In this document: piece after piece, positions 1 through 14,400 of the stretch | How positions within the stretch are numbered: position 1 is the stretch's first letter | Layout: each line of letters starts with the position of its first letter | NCBI GenBank assembly: GCA_964016885.1 | Contig: OZ024753.1 | Span: 15,624,001 to 15,688,000 of the forward strand | Origin: Eledone cirrhosa | Lineage: Eukaryota | DNA length: 64,000 bases | Direction: 5' to 3' | Notes under the pieces: generated by a model | Told to the model about the DNA's origin: nothing | Database searches by the model: none | Seen by the model: only the letters and a program-made list of their open reading frames with translations | Made by a program: the position numbers and the translations under genes

Positions 1-954
1 AGAAGAAATTCCTGCAAAGCATTTGTTAGATGTTATAAGAACTATGCCAGCCCAGCGCCCTTACCTGATTAGTAATAAAACTAATGTTTCTGAAACACCC
101 AAAATACAAACTATATATTTAGAAATGAATAAAACAGAAGAATAGTTATGAAAACAGATTTAGAAAATTGGGTAAAATTACACCCAGAAACGAAAAACGT
201 GGTAAGCATACAGAACAGAAAATAATGAAAATTATTGTGTACAGAGCTCAGGTGCACTACAATCGAGAGTTTGATTTCTCTGTAGTGGTTATTGGCCACT
301 TTTTCCGTCTCCAAGGCTGGACTAAAATGAACATAGGCTGACTGTCAAGGAGTGATGCTAGAGTTGTGAAATCTTGCATGCATTAATTTCAACTCTTCTT
401 ATTAGTAACTGCATTGTTTCCGTCCAGGGACTATGTAGAAAAATAAACCTTATTTGGTCATTCCAACAAAGTATCTTGGTCAGCCTATCAGCTTTTCAGC
501 CAACCCTCATGTCCGGGCATTTTTACTTGATTTCCTAAAGTTGTTTTCATCGCTATTCTCCTGCCTTTGATATTTTCATCATTTCTAAATATATTTTAAC
601 AGAATTGATCCTTCAATATTTATTTACAAAAATTGTTCTCACAACAATATGTTTCAACACACGATTCCACATCAACAATTTCAGAAAACCAATACAAAAA
701 ATGCACAAAAAAATAAATAAAATAAAATAAAATATAACAAAATTGTAATCTATTTATGACAGTCGATTGTCGGATTTTTTTTTTTTTTCTTTACATGGTG
801 AAATAGCATTATTTGTGAGAGTTGCTGCAGTCTGCAGTCACCTACAAAATATATGCCAACTCAAGTTTGGCTCTTCCATTCTACTTAACTTACTGTTTAT
901 TTGTTTGAAAGAGAATAGAATTAGGCAAATCCTCTCAGAGTCTGTCTGCAAGTC

Positions 955-1145
955 CTATGTAGGTAGTGTGGTAGCGGCAGTAAGTTTGGTAAGTTGGCTG
1001 TTGATGTTGATGCCATTAACATGAGTATTGTTATGAGAGGGGTGGGGATGGGAGGTGTGGGCTGTGGCTTCACTTTGTATTAAGTAGATTTCAGGGCATT
1101 GCTTTTGTAAGAACAACACAATAGACGTTCTCACTGATTCCACAC
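955..1145 (-). CDS. Candidate terminal coding exon of an unidentified minus-strand gene
   Basis: A long polypyrimidine tract on the minus strand ends in CTCTCAG at 1146-1147. The open frame VESVRTSIVLFLQKQCPEIYLIQSEATAH...TLPT* follows. Downstream sequence (1-950) is U-rich on the minus strand, like a 3' UTR. No recognisable domain. Confidence 0.3.
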
Positions 1146-1159
1146 TGAGAGATGTGGAG

Positions 1160-1490
1160 AAAGGTGAGAGAGAAAGAAAGAGAGAAAGAAAGAAGAGAAA
1201 GGAAGAAGAGAAAGAGAGAAAGAAAAAAAGACAGAAATAATAAATGCAAAAGAAAGAGACATGGAAAGGGAAAATAGGAAAGAAATAAAAATTAGCGAAA
1301 TAAAGAAGAAAAGAGAGAGAAAAGAAGGATGAAAGTGAAGGGGAAAAAAGAAGGAAGGAAATAGATAAAAGAAGGATAGAAATGAAGGAAATAAGGATGG
1401 ACAGAAAAAAAGAAAAGAAAGAAATATATAAAGAAAAGAAGGACAAAGAAAATGAAAGAAAGATAAAATGAAACAAAGAAAAAACATTCA
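1160..1490. repeat. GA-rich low-complexity tract
   Basis: Degenerate AAAG/GAGA repeats; this explains the F/S/L-rich ORFs. Confidence 0.9.
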
Positions 1491-1664
1491 GACAAAAACA
1501 AGTAAAAAAGAGCCAAAATAAGTGACGGCCACCATTTTCTCCTTAATTCTGGTATCTTTTCTAGAACAAATATATTATTTCATTCCTTTACTGACTTCAC
1601 TCATACGACTCTGGTCATACTGGGGCACTGCCTATCACAGATTCTTAGCAATTATATTGTTCTG

Positions 1665-2545
1665 CTCCCACCTTCTCCACTCTGTCCAACCTCCCACCTT
1701 CTCTGACTGTCACCCTCTTCGACCTCCCACTTTCTCCGACCTCCACCCTCTCCAACCTCCACAACCCCCCACCCTCTCCGACTGTCACCCTCTCCGACTG
1801 TCACCCTCTCCGACCTCCACCCTCTCCAACCTCCAACCCCCTCCAACATCTACAACCCCCCACCCTCTCCGACTGTCACCCTCTCCGACCTCCTACCTTC
1901 TCCAACCTCCCACCCTTTCCAACCTCTACAACCTCCACCCCGTCCAACCTCCCACCCTCTCCACCTTCTCCGACCTCCCACCCTCTCCAACCTCCCACCC
2001 TCTCCAGCCTCCACCCTTTCCAACCTCTCCAACCCCCCACCTTCTCCAACCTCCCACCCCGTCCAACTTCCCACCCTCTCCAACCTCCCACCCTCTCTCA
2101 CTGTCACCCTCTCCAACTTCTCCGACCTCCACCTCTTCAACCTCTCCACCTTCTCCGACCTCCCACCCGTCCAACCTCCCACCCGGTCCAACCTCCCACC
2201 CTCTCTCACTGTCACCCTCTCCAACTTCTCCGACCTCCACCCCTTCAACCTTCCAACCTCCCACCCTCTCTCACTGTCACCCTCTCCAACTTCTCCGACC
2301 TCCACCCCTTCAACCTTCCAACCTCTCCACCTTCTCCGACCTCCCACCCCGTCCAACCTCCCACCCCGCCCAACCTCCCACCCTCTCTCACTGTCACCCT
2401 CTCCACCTTCTCCGACCTCCCACCCCGCCCAACCTCCCACCCCGCCCAACCTCCCACCCCGCCCAACCTCCCACCCTCTCTCACTGTCACCCTCTCCACC
2501 TTCTCCGACCTCCACCCCTTCAACCTTTCCACCTTCTCCACCCTC
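1665..2545. repeat. C-rich minisatellite, about 17-bp unit CCTCCCACCCTCTCCAA with variants
   Basis: Direct reading: repeated ctcccaccctctccaac and ctctctcactgtcaccctctcc modules. Confidence 0.9.
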
Positions 2546-2803
2546 ATCACAGTATATTACTGTCTACCACTCTTATTTTGTTGAACATTTCGGGTGTGGG
2601 GGGGGGGGGGATGAAGAGGTGGGAGGAAGGGGAGGGGAAGAAGAGGTTGGAAGGGAGAAGCATGAGGATAAGATAAGCTGCGACTACATTGATGCTGCTG
2701 TTGCTGCTGCTGCTGCAGAAATCATTCAGGTGAGAAAAGAACTACGTAACTGTAACAAAACCAATTACCATAACATTCACTGCTGAGATTCTGACATCTC
2801 CCA

Positions 2804-2805
<2 letters not shown>

Positions 2806-2867
<62 letters not shown>

Positions 2868-2868
2868 T

Positions 2869-2925
<57 letters not shown>

Positions 2926-2926
2926 T

Positions 2927-2992
<66 letters not shown>

Positions 2993-3336
2993 TATGCATA
3001 TATATACACACACACAAATGAATATAAATATATACATACACATATGCATATATATATATATATACATACACATATGCATATATATATGTATATATATATA
3101 TACACATACACAAATGCATATATATATATATGCATATATACACACATACACAAATGCATATATATATACATACACAAATGCATATATATATATATACATA
3201 CACATATGCATATATATATATACATACACATATGCATATATATATATATATACATACACATATATATATGTATATATATATATACACATACACAAATGCA
3301 TATATATATATATGCATATATACACACATACACAAA

Positions 3337-3376
<40 letters not shown>

Positions 3377-3668
3377 CACATATATGCATATATATATATA
3401 TATATACATACACATATGCATATATATATGTATATATATATATACACATACACAAATGCATATATATATATATATGCATATATACACACATACACAAATG
3501 CATATATATATATATATATATATACATACACATATATGCATATATATATATATATATATACATACACAAATGCATATATATATATACATACACATATGCA
3601 TATATATATATACATACACATATGCATATATATATATATACATACACATATGCATATATATATATATA
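2806..3668. repeat. Compound (TA)n microsatellite with CATACACA(A/T)ATGCA modules
   Basis: Direct reading. Confidence 0.95.
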
Positions 3669-3943
3669 TCATCATCATCATCATTTAATTTTATGTCCGC
3701 TTTTTCCCGGCTTGCAAGGGTGGGACGGGAACTGATTCTGGCTTGATTTCTACAGCTGGATGCCCTTCCTAACACCAACCTCATTTACTGTGAGTAGTGA
3801 GCGCTTTTTTGCCGTGGCACCTACACGACCACTTTGCAGTGGAATGATAGGGACCTCAGTCCCTATCATCTCGTTTCTACAACTGAGTAAACTGGAGCAA
3901 TGTGAAATAAAGTGTCTTGCTCAAGGAAACAACACATCACCCG
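3669..3943 (-). mobile_element. 5'-truncated tRNA-derived SINE with RTE-type tail
   Basis: Reverse complement of the 3' part of 4213-4546; ends in (ATG)n. Confidence 0.85.
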
Positions 3944-4104
3944 ATACACACACATATGCATATATATATATATACACATACACAAATGCATATATATATA
4001 TGTGTATACACACATGCATATATATATATATATATATACACACATATTTCTCATTGACTAAGCTCAGTAGAACTTATACTCAGCACTGTACTTTTGTTTA
4101 TAAA

Positions 4105-4149
4105 GCTCTGGTGATTCCTACCCAATGGTATGGATGAAACATTGTCAGC
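4105..4149 (+). ncRNA. Degenerate type-I hammerhead motif (core A6->G)
   Basis: gct-CTGGTGA-ttcctacc caat ggtatggat-GAAA-catt-GTC-agc. The core reads CTGGTGA rather than CTGANGA, and stem I is only 3 bp. Confidence 0.45.
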
Positions 4150-4212
4150 AAATAAAAATTGTATGAGTATGTAGGTGTTCTTTGATTTCGTTTACATATA
4201 AGGTTTACATAT

Positions 4213-4546
4213 GGAGGCACATGGCTTAGTGGTTAGAGCATTGGCCTTGCAATCGAAAGGTTGTGAGTTCAATTCTCAGACCGGGTGATGTGTTGTTTCC
4301 TTGAGCAAGACACTTTATTTCACATTGCTCCAGTTTACTCAGCTGTAGAAATGAGATGATAGGGACTGGGGTCCATATCATTCCACTGCAAAGTGGTCAT
4401 GCAGGTGCCACGGCAAAAAAGCACCCAGCACTCACTGTAAATGAGGTTGGTGTTAGGAAGGGCATCCAGCTGTAGAAATCAAGCCAGAATCAGTTCCCGT
4501 CCCACCCTTGCAAGCAGGGAAAAAGTGGACGTAAAATGAAATGATG
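4213..4546 (+). mobile_element. Full-length tRNA-derived SINE (CORE-like middle, RTE-derived 3' tail)
   Basis: A box TGGCTTAGTGG and B box GTTCAATTC; CORE-like CCTTGAGCAAGACACTT; tail GTTAGGAAGGGCATCCAGCTGTAGAAA...GGACGTAAAATGA; several copies in the window. Confidence 0.9.
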
Positions 4547-5204
4547 AAAAATGATGATATAGTAAAAAAGAAAAAACACAGTAGAAAATCTAAAGGGATT
4601 TTCTCTCAGAATAACATCAAAACATTTATTTACAAAATAGTTATTTCCACATTATTTGTACCAGTTTCAGCTTGTAAGCCTTTTCACACGACAGAAGTGT
4701 ATAATGCCATTAAATTGCATATTAATAAGAATAATAAGAATATGGGGGTGGGGGGGGGGGCGAATTGTATTTAAATACATATTTATGGAAAAAAAATTGT
4801 TTTTACATACATATTTAGGGAGAAAAGTTCACATGTTTATACATATTTAAACACACACACACACACATATATGTGTGTGTGTATGTGTGTATGCATATAT
4901 ATGTGTGTGTGTGTGTGTGCATGATCCCTACACTGCTGCATGGCATTTCGAGTTGGGTGTCTTCCATTTTAGCCTAACTTCCAAACAAAGCCCTATGATA
5001 GATATCCATTCATCGGAAACAGTTTGGAACTCCATCGGATGTATATGTAGCATGTTGAAGACATTTCCTCATAGTGAAGCCCAATAGAAACCCACAGATT
5101 CTGATGTTGTTACATAGAAATTATTTTACCAAAAATACTGGCATGGTGCCAATATCTTCAGGAAGATTTATATAAGGTTGATTGAATTCAATGTCGCTAC
5201 TTAG

Positions 5205-5550
5205 CTCATCATCACCAACACTACCACCCTCACCATCATCACCGACACCACCAACACCCTCATCATCATCAACAACACCACCACCTCCTGATCACCACCA
5301 ACACCACCACCCTCACCACCAACACCACCACCCCTCAGCACCACCACTGCCGCAACCACCACTGCCACCACCAACGCCACCACCACCTCCTCCCCTGCCA
5401 GCACCACCGCGACTGCCACCACCAACACTAACACCACCAACACCACCACCACGACTGCCACCACCACTAACACCACCACCACCACCACCAACGCCCCTGC
5501 CAGCACCAACACCGCCACCACCACCACGACTGCCACCACCACCACCACAT
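5205..5550. repeat. Degenerate (CAC)n microsatellite
   Basis: Direct reading. Confidence 0.9.
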
Positions 5551-5624
5551 CTCTATATAAACAACATATAAACAATAATTGATTTCATTGTTTAATCTGG
5601 AGATTCTTCTGTCAATCTCACAAA

Positions 5625-6693
5625 CAACACAACTACTACTACTACTACTACTGCTGCTACTACTACTACTACTACTGCTACTACTACTACTGCTGCTACT
5701 ACTACTGTTACTACTACTACTACTACTACTGCTACTACTACTACTGTTACTACTACTACTACTACCACAACTACTACTACTGTTACTACTACTACCACAA
5801 CAACTACTACTGTTACTACTACTACTACCACAACTACTACTACTACTGTTACTACTACTACCACAACTACTACTACGGCTACAACTACTACTGCTACTAC
5901 TACTACTACTGCTACTACTACTACTGCTGCTACTACTACTGTTACTACTACTACTACTACTGCTACTACTACTACTGTTACTACTACTACCACAACTACT
6001 ACTACTGTTACTTCTACTACTACCACAACAACTACTACTGATACTTCTACTACTACCACAACAACTACTACTGTTACCATTACTACTACCACAACAACTA
6101 CTACTGTTACTACTACTACTACTACCACAACAACTACTACTGTTACTACTACTACTACCACAACAACTACTACTGTTACTTCTACTACTACCACCACAAC
6201 TACTACTGTTACTACTACTACTACCACAACAACTACTACTGTTACTTCTACTACTACCACCACAACTACTACTGTTACTACTACTACCACAACAACTACT
6301 ACTGTTACTACTACTACTACCACAACAACTACTATTGTTACTACTACTACTACTACCACAACAACTACTACTGTTACTACTACTACTACCACAACAACTA
6401 CTACTGTTACTACTACCACTACTACTACCACAACTACTACTGTTACTACTACTACTACTACCACAACAACTACTACTGTTACTACTACTACTACCACAAC
6501 AACTACTACTGTTACTACTACCACTACTACTACCACAACTACTACTGTTACTACTACTACTACAACCACAACAACTACTACTGTTACTACTACTACTACC
6601 ACAACAACTACTACTGTTACTACTACTACCACAACAACTACTACTGTTACTACTACTACTACCACAACAACTACTACTGTTACTACTACTACT
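5625..6693. repeat. (ACT)n-derived repeat with higher-order CTGTTACTACTACTACCACAACAA modules
   Basis: Direct reading; this explains the poly-L and poly-V ORFs. Confidence 0.95.
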
Positions 6694-6699
6694 AATACA

Positions 6700-7053
6700 A
6701 AAGACCCGCCTTGCCTATGTACAAAGCGAAACCTACAGTCAGTATGCACCTCTTAACCAAATATACACCCCAATCTCACTACCCCTACTCCCACCCCCAT
6801 CAACACCACCCTTTTCTCTGTAAAGTTATGTTGGTACCACAACATCCAGTCCAAAATAAATTCCATGCTGTAATGTGGCCGTGTAGGTAACACGGTAAAA
6901 ACCTCCCAGTCCACACTGTAAACGTGGTTGGTGTTAGGAAGGGCATCCAGCCGTAGAAAACCTGCTAGACAGTCCTATACGCGTTAGACATGGTCTCCCG
7001 AACAATCATGCTAGCGTGGCAGTTGGACGTTAAACGATGATGATGATGATGAT
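6700..7053 (+). mobile_element. RTE LINE 3' end fragment
   Basis: Begins with the KTRLA codons matching the end of the RTE ORF at 49568. Homologous to the 3' UTR at 49220-49567; (GAT)n tail. Confidence 0.8.
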
Positions 7054-7328
7054 GAATTAAACTACACATTTGCCATACATCTAAATGGAAAGTAGCTTCG
7101 TAGTTACTTTTATTACCCTCTAACATATTTTGAAAATTTGCGGCAATATTTATTAGGTATGAATACTGCGTTATTATCAAAATAAAGTTATAAACTTTAT
7201 TTTCAAGAACTGAGAAAATCCTCATGCAATTTTGAATTACTGTTGTATCTAGGAAACTGGAAAGCATCGAGCTTCTCTTATCTTTACCAGGATCTATATT
7301 GGAAAACCCCAATATCAACGTACATATA

Positions 7329-7370
<42 letters not shown>

Positions 7371-7442
7371 CCATATATACACACACATGTATATAGAGAG
7401 AGAGATTACATAGAAGATTATGCAAACACATACATGCATGCG

Positions 7443-8330
7443 TGTGTAACATTGCAATCCAAGAAGAGGAAATCAACATGAAATACCTGATTCACAAAAG
7501 AGATAAGGATGCAGGCAAAACACCTAGATGTGACAGCAAATGCAGACTCTGCAGAATTAACATCGAATATATGACCCATGTCATAAGCAGCTGTCCAAAG
7601 ATGTTATCACGGTACTATCTACCTATGAGGCATGATGTAGTGGCCAAACACTGTACAATGCAATCCGTAAAAAACTTAGCCCCGACCATGAACACAATTA
7701 AAGTTACGTAAACATAATATGAAAGAGTACAGGTGGAATGTTCCAGTAAAAACCCCAATAAAATGCAGGCATACAGACCAGATATTATGATATGGGACAG
7801 GGAAAAGAAGGCATGCACAGTAGTGGAAATTAGCTGACCAGCAGAAGCCAATATAATATCAAAGATTAGCAAAAAGGAGAATATTTATGGAGAACTAATG
7901 AGAAATCTGCAGATACTCCACCCTGATTATACCTTCAGATTTATACCTGTAATTATTGGAGCACTGGGGTATGTTAGTAACTGCCTCAGTACAAATCTTG
8001 AGCAGCTGGGCTTCACAGGAACAGAAAGAACACAACTAGTTAGGAAATTACAAGTACAATCCATTAATGGAACAGTAAAAATATGTAAAACATTCCAAAG
8101 ATTCTGCATCTAATAACTGCATATACACATGTACAGATACAAAGCATATACACATGCACAGATAGAACTAAAAAAATACACATCCACACATACAATAACA
8201 TCAATATCTACACATGCATGCAGACATACATACATATCTACCTAGTTGATGTTGTGTAAATTCCAATGAGAGAGTCTTGTATCTATGTTAGAAACCGACT
8301 CTCTCTCTATTTGTTAAATTATAAAACCAG
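7443..8330 (+). mobile_element. Decayed 5'-truncated non-LTR retrotransposon with restriction-like endonuclease (R4/Dong-like)
   Basis: CCHC knuckle CRLC..E..H..SSC, RHD motif, PDIMIWD..VVEIS, K...Y and IPVIIGALG across frameshifts and a stop. The ORF ends at 8113, and a hairpin GAGAGAGTC...GACTCTCTC lies in the 3' UTR. Confidence 0.8.
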
Positions 8331-8465
8331 AAGAACACACACACATACATACATAATCAGGTTGGTTATAAAGAAACCAGTACCAGAAACTATAATGTTG
8401 GTAGCCATCACTTGGAGAAATCATTCAACGTTTCCAATGTTATATTTACCGGAAATGTGGCTGCA

Positions 8466-11400
8466 TTATTCCAGCAGAGCAAAGTACTATTCTAGCAGAC
8501 CAATGTACTATTCTAGCAGACCACAGTACTATTCCAGCAGACCAAAGTACTATTCCAGCAGACCAAAGTAGTATTGCAGCAGACCAAAGTACTATTCCAG
8601 CAGACCAAAGTACTATTCCAGCAGACAAAAGTACTATTGCAGCAGACCAAATTACTATTGCAGCAGACCAAAGTACTATTCCAGCAGACCAAAGTACTAT
8701 TCCAGCAGACCAAAGTACTATTCTAGCAGACCAAAGTACTATTCTAGCAGACCAAAGTACTATTCCAGCAGACCAAAGTACTATTCTAGCAGACCAAAGT
8801 ACTATTCCAGCAGACCAAAGTACTATTCTAGCAGACCAAAGTACTATTCCAGCAGACCAAAGTAGTATTGCAGCAGACCAAAGTACTATTCCAGCAAACC
8901 AAAGTACTATTCCAGCAGACCAAAGTGCTATTCTAGCAGACCAAATTACTATTCCCGCAGACCAAAGTACTATTCCAGCAGACCAAAGTACTATTCTAGC
9001 AGACCAAAGTACTATTCTAGCAGACCAAAGTACTATTCCAGCAGACCAAAGTACTATTCCAGCAGACCAAAGTACTATTCTAGCAGACCAAAGTACTATT
9101 CCAGCAGACCAAAGTACTATTCTAGCAGACCAAAGTACTATTCCAGCAGACAAAAGTAGTATTGCAGCAGACCAAAGTACTATTCCAGCAGACCAAAGTA
9201 CTATTCCAGCAGACCAAAGTACTATTCTAGCAGACCAAAGTACTATTCCAGCAGACCAAAGTACTATTCTAGCAGACCAAAGTACTATTCCAGCAGACCA
9301 AAGTACTATTCTAGCAGACCAAAGTACTATTCCAGCAGACCAAAGTACTATTCTAGCAGACCAAAGTACTATTCCAGCAGACCAAAGTACTATTCTAGCA
9401 GACCAAAGTACTATTCTAGCAGACCAAAGTACTATTCCAGCAGACCAAAGTACTATTCTAGCAGACCAAAGTACTATTCCAGCAGACCAAAGTACTATTC
9501 CAGTAGACCAAAGTACTATTCCAGCAGACCAAAGTACTATTCTAGCAGACCAAAGTAGTATTGCAGCAGACCAAAGTACTATTCCAGCAGACCAAAGTAC
9601 TATTCCAGCAGACCAAAGTACTATTCCAGCAGACCAAAGTACTATTCTAGCAGACCAAAGTACTATTCCAGCAGACCAAAGTACTATTCTAGCAGACCAA
9701 AGTACTATTCCAGCAGACCAAAGTACTATTCCAGTAGACCAAAGTACTATTCCAGCAGACCAAAGTACTATTCTAGCAGACCAAAGTAGTATTGCAGCAG
9801 ACCAAAGTACTATTCCAGCAGACCAAAGTACTATTCCAGCAGACCAAAGTACTATTCCAGCAGACCAAAGTACTATTCCAGCAGACCAAAGTACTATTCC
9901 AGCAGACCAAAGTACTATTCCAGCAGACCAAAGTACTATTCCAGCAGACCAAAGTACTATTCTAGCAGACCAAAGTAGTATTGCAGCAGACCAAAGTACT
10001 ATTCCAGCAGACCAAAGTACTATTCCAGCAGACCAAAGTACTATTCTAGCAGACCAAAGTACTATTCCCGCAGACCAAAGTACTATTCCAGCAGACCAAA
10101 GTAGTATTGCAGCAGACCAAAGTACTATTCCAGCAGACCAAAGTACTATTCCAGCAGACCAAAGTACTATTCTAGCAGACCAAAGTACTATTCCCGCAGA
10201 CCAAAGTACTATTCCAGCAGACCAAAGTAGTATTGCAGCAGACCAAAGTACTATTGCAGCAGACCAAATTACTATTCCAGCAGACCAAAGTACTATTCTA
10301 GGAGACCAAAGTACTATTCTAGCAGACCAAAGTACTATTCCAGCAGACCAAAGTACTATTCTAGCAGACCAAAGTAGTATTGCAGCAGACCAAAGTACTA
10401 TTCCAGCAAACCAAAGTACTATTCCAGCAGACCAAAGTACTATTCTAGCAGACCAAATTACTATTCCCGCAGACCAAAGTACTATTCCAGCAGACCAAAG
10501 TACTATTCCAGCAGACCAAAGTAGTATTGCAGCAGACCAAAGTACTATTCCAGCAGACCAAAGTACTATTCTAGCAGACCAAAGTACTATTCTAGCAGAC
10601 CAAAGTAGTATTGCAGCAGACCAAAGTACTATTCCAGCAAACCAAAGTAGTATTGCAGCAGACCAAAGTACTATTCCAGCAGACCAAAGTACTATTCTAG
10701 CAGACCAAAGTAGTATTGCAGCAGACCAAAGTACTATTCCAGCAGACCAAAGTACTATTCTAGCAGACCAAAGTAGTATTGCAGCACACCAAAGTACGAT
10801 TCCAGCAGACCAAAGTAGTATTGCAGCAGACCAAAGTACTATTCCAGCAGACCAAAGTACTATTCTAGCAGACCAAAGTAGTATTGCAGCAGACCAAAGT
10901 ACTATTCCAGCAAACCAAAGTACTATTCCAGCAGACCAAAGTACTATTCTAGCAGACCAAATTACTATTCCCGCAGACCAAAGTACTATTCCAGCAGACC
11001 AAAGTAGTATTGCAGCAGACCAAAGTAGTATTCCAGCAGACCAAAGTAGTATTGCAGCAGACCAAAGTACTATTCTAGCAGACCAAAGTACTATTCCCGC
11101 AGACCAAAGTACTATTCCAGCAGACCAAAGTAGTATTGCAGCAGACCAAAGTAGTATTCCAGCAGACCAAAGTACTATTCCAGCAGACCAAAGTACTATT
11201 CTAGCAGACCAAAGTACTATTCCCGCAGACCAAAGTACTATTCCAGCAGACCAAAGTACTATTGCAGCAGACCAAAGTACTATTCCAGCAGACCAAAGTA
11301 CTATTGCAGCAGACCAAAGTACTATTGCAGCAGACCAAAGTACTATTCCAGCAGACCAAAGTACTATTCCAGCAGACCAAAGTACTATTCCAGCAGACCA

Positions 11401-14400
11401 AAGTACTATTCCAGCAGACCAAAGTACTATTCCAGCAGACCAAAGTACTATTCCAGCAGACCAAAGTACTATTCCAGCAGACCAAAGTACTATTCCAGCA
11501 GACCAAAGTACTATTCCAGCAGACCAAAGTACTATTCCAGCAGACCAAAGTACTATTCTAGCAGACCAAAGTACTATTCCAGCAGACCAAAGTACTATTC
11601 TAGCAGGCCAAAGTACTATTCCAGCAGACCAAAGTACTATTCCAGCAGACCAAAGTACTATTCCAGCAGACCAAAGTACTATTCTAGCAGACCAAAGTAC
11701 TATTCCAGCAGACCAAAGTACTATTCTAGCAGACCATAGTACTATTCTAGCAGACCAAAGTACTATTCTAGCAGACCAAAGTACTATTCCAGCAGACGAA
11801 GGTACTATTCCAGCAGACCAAAGTACTATTCCAGCAGACCAAAGTACTATTCTAGCAGACCAAACTACTATTCCAGCAGACCAAAGTACTATTCCAGCAG
11901 ACCAAAGTACTATTCTAGCAGACCAAAGTACTATTCCAGCAGACCAAAGTACTATTCTAGCAGACCAAAGTACTATTCCAGCAGTCCAAAGTACTATTCC
12001 AGCAGACCAAAGTACTATTCCAGCAGACCAAAGTACTATTCCAGCAGACCAAAGTACTATTCCAGCAGACCAAAGTACTATTCTAGCAGACCAAAGTACT
12101 ATTCCAGCAGACCAAAGTACTATTCCAGCAGACCAAAGTACTATTCCAGCAGACCAAAGTACTATTCCAGCAGACCAAAGTACTATTCCAGCAGACCAAA
12201 GTACTATTCCAGCAGACCAAAGTACTATTCTAGCAGACCAAAGTACTATTCTAGCAGACCAAAGTACTATTCCAGCACACCAAAGTACTGTTCCAGCAGA
12301 CCAAATTACTATTCCAGCAGACCAAATTACTATTCCAGCAGACCAAAGTACTATTCCAGCAGACCAAAGTAGTATTGCAGCAGACCAAAGTACTATTCCA
12401 GCAGACCAAAGTACTATTGTAGCAGACCAAAGTACTATTCCCGCAGACCTAAGTACTATTCCAGCAGACCAAAGTAGTATTGCAGCAGACCAAATATACT
12501 ATTCCAGCAGACCAAAGTACTATTCTAGCAGACCAAAGTAGTATTGCAGCAGACCAAAGTACTATTCCAGCAAACCAAAGTACTATTCCAGCAGACCAAA
12601 GTACTATTCTAGCAGACCAAATTACTATTCCCGCAGACCAAAGAACTATTCCAGCAGACCAAAGTAGTATTGCAGCAGACCAAAGTAGTATTCCAGCAGA
12701 CCAAAGTAGTATTGAGCAGACCAAAGTACTATTCTAGCAGACCAAAGTACTATTCTAGCAGACGAAAGTACTATTCCAGCAGACGAAAGTACTATTCCAG
12801 CAGACCAAAGTACTATTCCAGCAGACCAAAGTACTATTCTAGCAGACCAAAGTAGTATTGCAGCAGACCAAAGTACTATTCCAGCAGACCAAAGTACTAT
12901 TCCAGCAGACCAAAGTACTATTCTAGCAGACCAAAGTAGTATTGCAGCAGACCAAAGTACTATTCCAGCAGACCAAAGTAGTATTGCAGCAGACCAAAGT
13001 ACTATTCTAGCAGACCAAAGTACTATTCCAGCAGACCAAAGTACTATTCTAGCAGACCAAAGTACTATTCCCGCAGACCAAAGTACTATTCCAGTAGACC
13101 AAAGTACTATTCCAGCAGACCAAAGTACTATTCTAGCAGACCAAAGTAGTATTGCAGCCCACCAAAATACTATTCCAGCAGACCAAAGTACTATTCCAGC
13201 AGACCAAAGTACTATTCCAGCAGACCAAAGTACTATTCCAGCAGACCAAAGTACTATTCCAGCAGACCAAAGTACTATTCTAGCAGACCAAAGTAGTATT
13301 GCAGCAGACCAAAGTACTATTCCAGCAGACCAAAGTACTATTCCAGCAGACGAAAGTACTATTCTAGCAGACCAAAGTACTATTCCCGCAGACCAAAGTA
13401 CTATTCCAGCAGACCAAAGTAGTATTGCAGCAGACCAAAGTACTATTTCAGCAGACCAAAGTACTATTCCAGCAGACCAAAGTACTATTCTAGCAGACCA
13501 AAGTACTATTCCCGCAGACCAAAGTACTATTCCAGCAGACCAAAGTAGTATTGCAGCAGACCAAAGTACTATTGCAGCAGACCAAAGTACTATTCCAGCA
13601 GACCAAAGTACTATTCTAGCAGACCAAAGTACTATTCTAGCAGACCAAAGTACTATTCCAGCAGACCAAAGTACTATTCTAGCAGACCAAAGTAGTATTG
13701 CAGCAGACCAAAGTACTATTCCAGCAAACCAAAGTACTATTCCAGCAGACCAAAGTACTATTCTAGCAGACCAAATTACTATTCCCGCAGACCAGAGTAC
13801 TATTCCAGCAGACCAAAGTAGTATTGCAGCAGACCAAAGTACTATTCCAGCAGACCAAAGTACTATTCTAGCAGACCAAAGTACTATTCCCGCAGACCTA
13901 AGTACTATTCCAGCAGACCAAAGTAGTATTGCAGCAGACCAAAGTACTATTCCAGCAGACCAAAGTACTATTCTAGCAGACCAAAGTAGTATTGCAGCAG
14001 ACCAAAGTACTATTCCAGCAAACCAAAGTACTATTCCAGCAGACCAAAGTACTATTCTAGCAGACCAAATTACTATTCCCGCAGACCAAAGTACTATTCC
14101 AGCAGACCAAAGTAGTATTGCAGCAGACCAAAGTAGTATTCCAGCAGAGCAAAGTAGTATTGCAGCAGACAAAAGTACTATTCTAGCAGACCAAAGTACT
14201 ATTCCCGCAGACCAAAGTACTATTCCAGCAGACCAAAGTACTATTCCAGCAGACCAAAGTACTATTGTAGCAGACCAAAGTACTATTCCCGCAGACCAAA
14301 GTACTATTCCAGCAGACCAAAGTACTATTGCAGCAGACCAAAGTAGTATTGCAGCAGACCAAAGTACTATTCCAGCAGACCAAAGTACTATTGCAGCAGA

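Noticed and set aside
255-287. Hairpin CACTACA...TGTAGTG as a pre-miRNA
   Set aside because: The stem is too short and I recognise no mature miRNA.
4213-4285. tRNA gene
   Set aside because: A and B boxes are present, but this is the head of a multi-copy SINE and has no proper acceptor stem.
1522-6823. Pro/Ser-, Tyr/Ile-, Leu- and Val-rich ORFs
   Set aside because: These are translations of micro- and minisatellites; the same applies to the ORFs at 55367-56232, 57404-58981 and 62713-63415.
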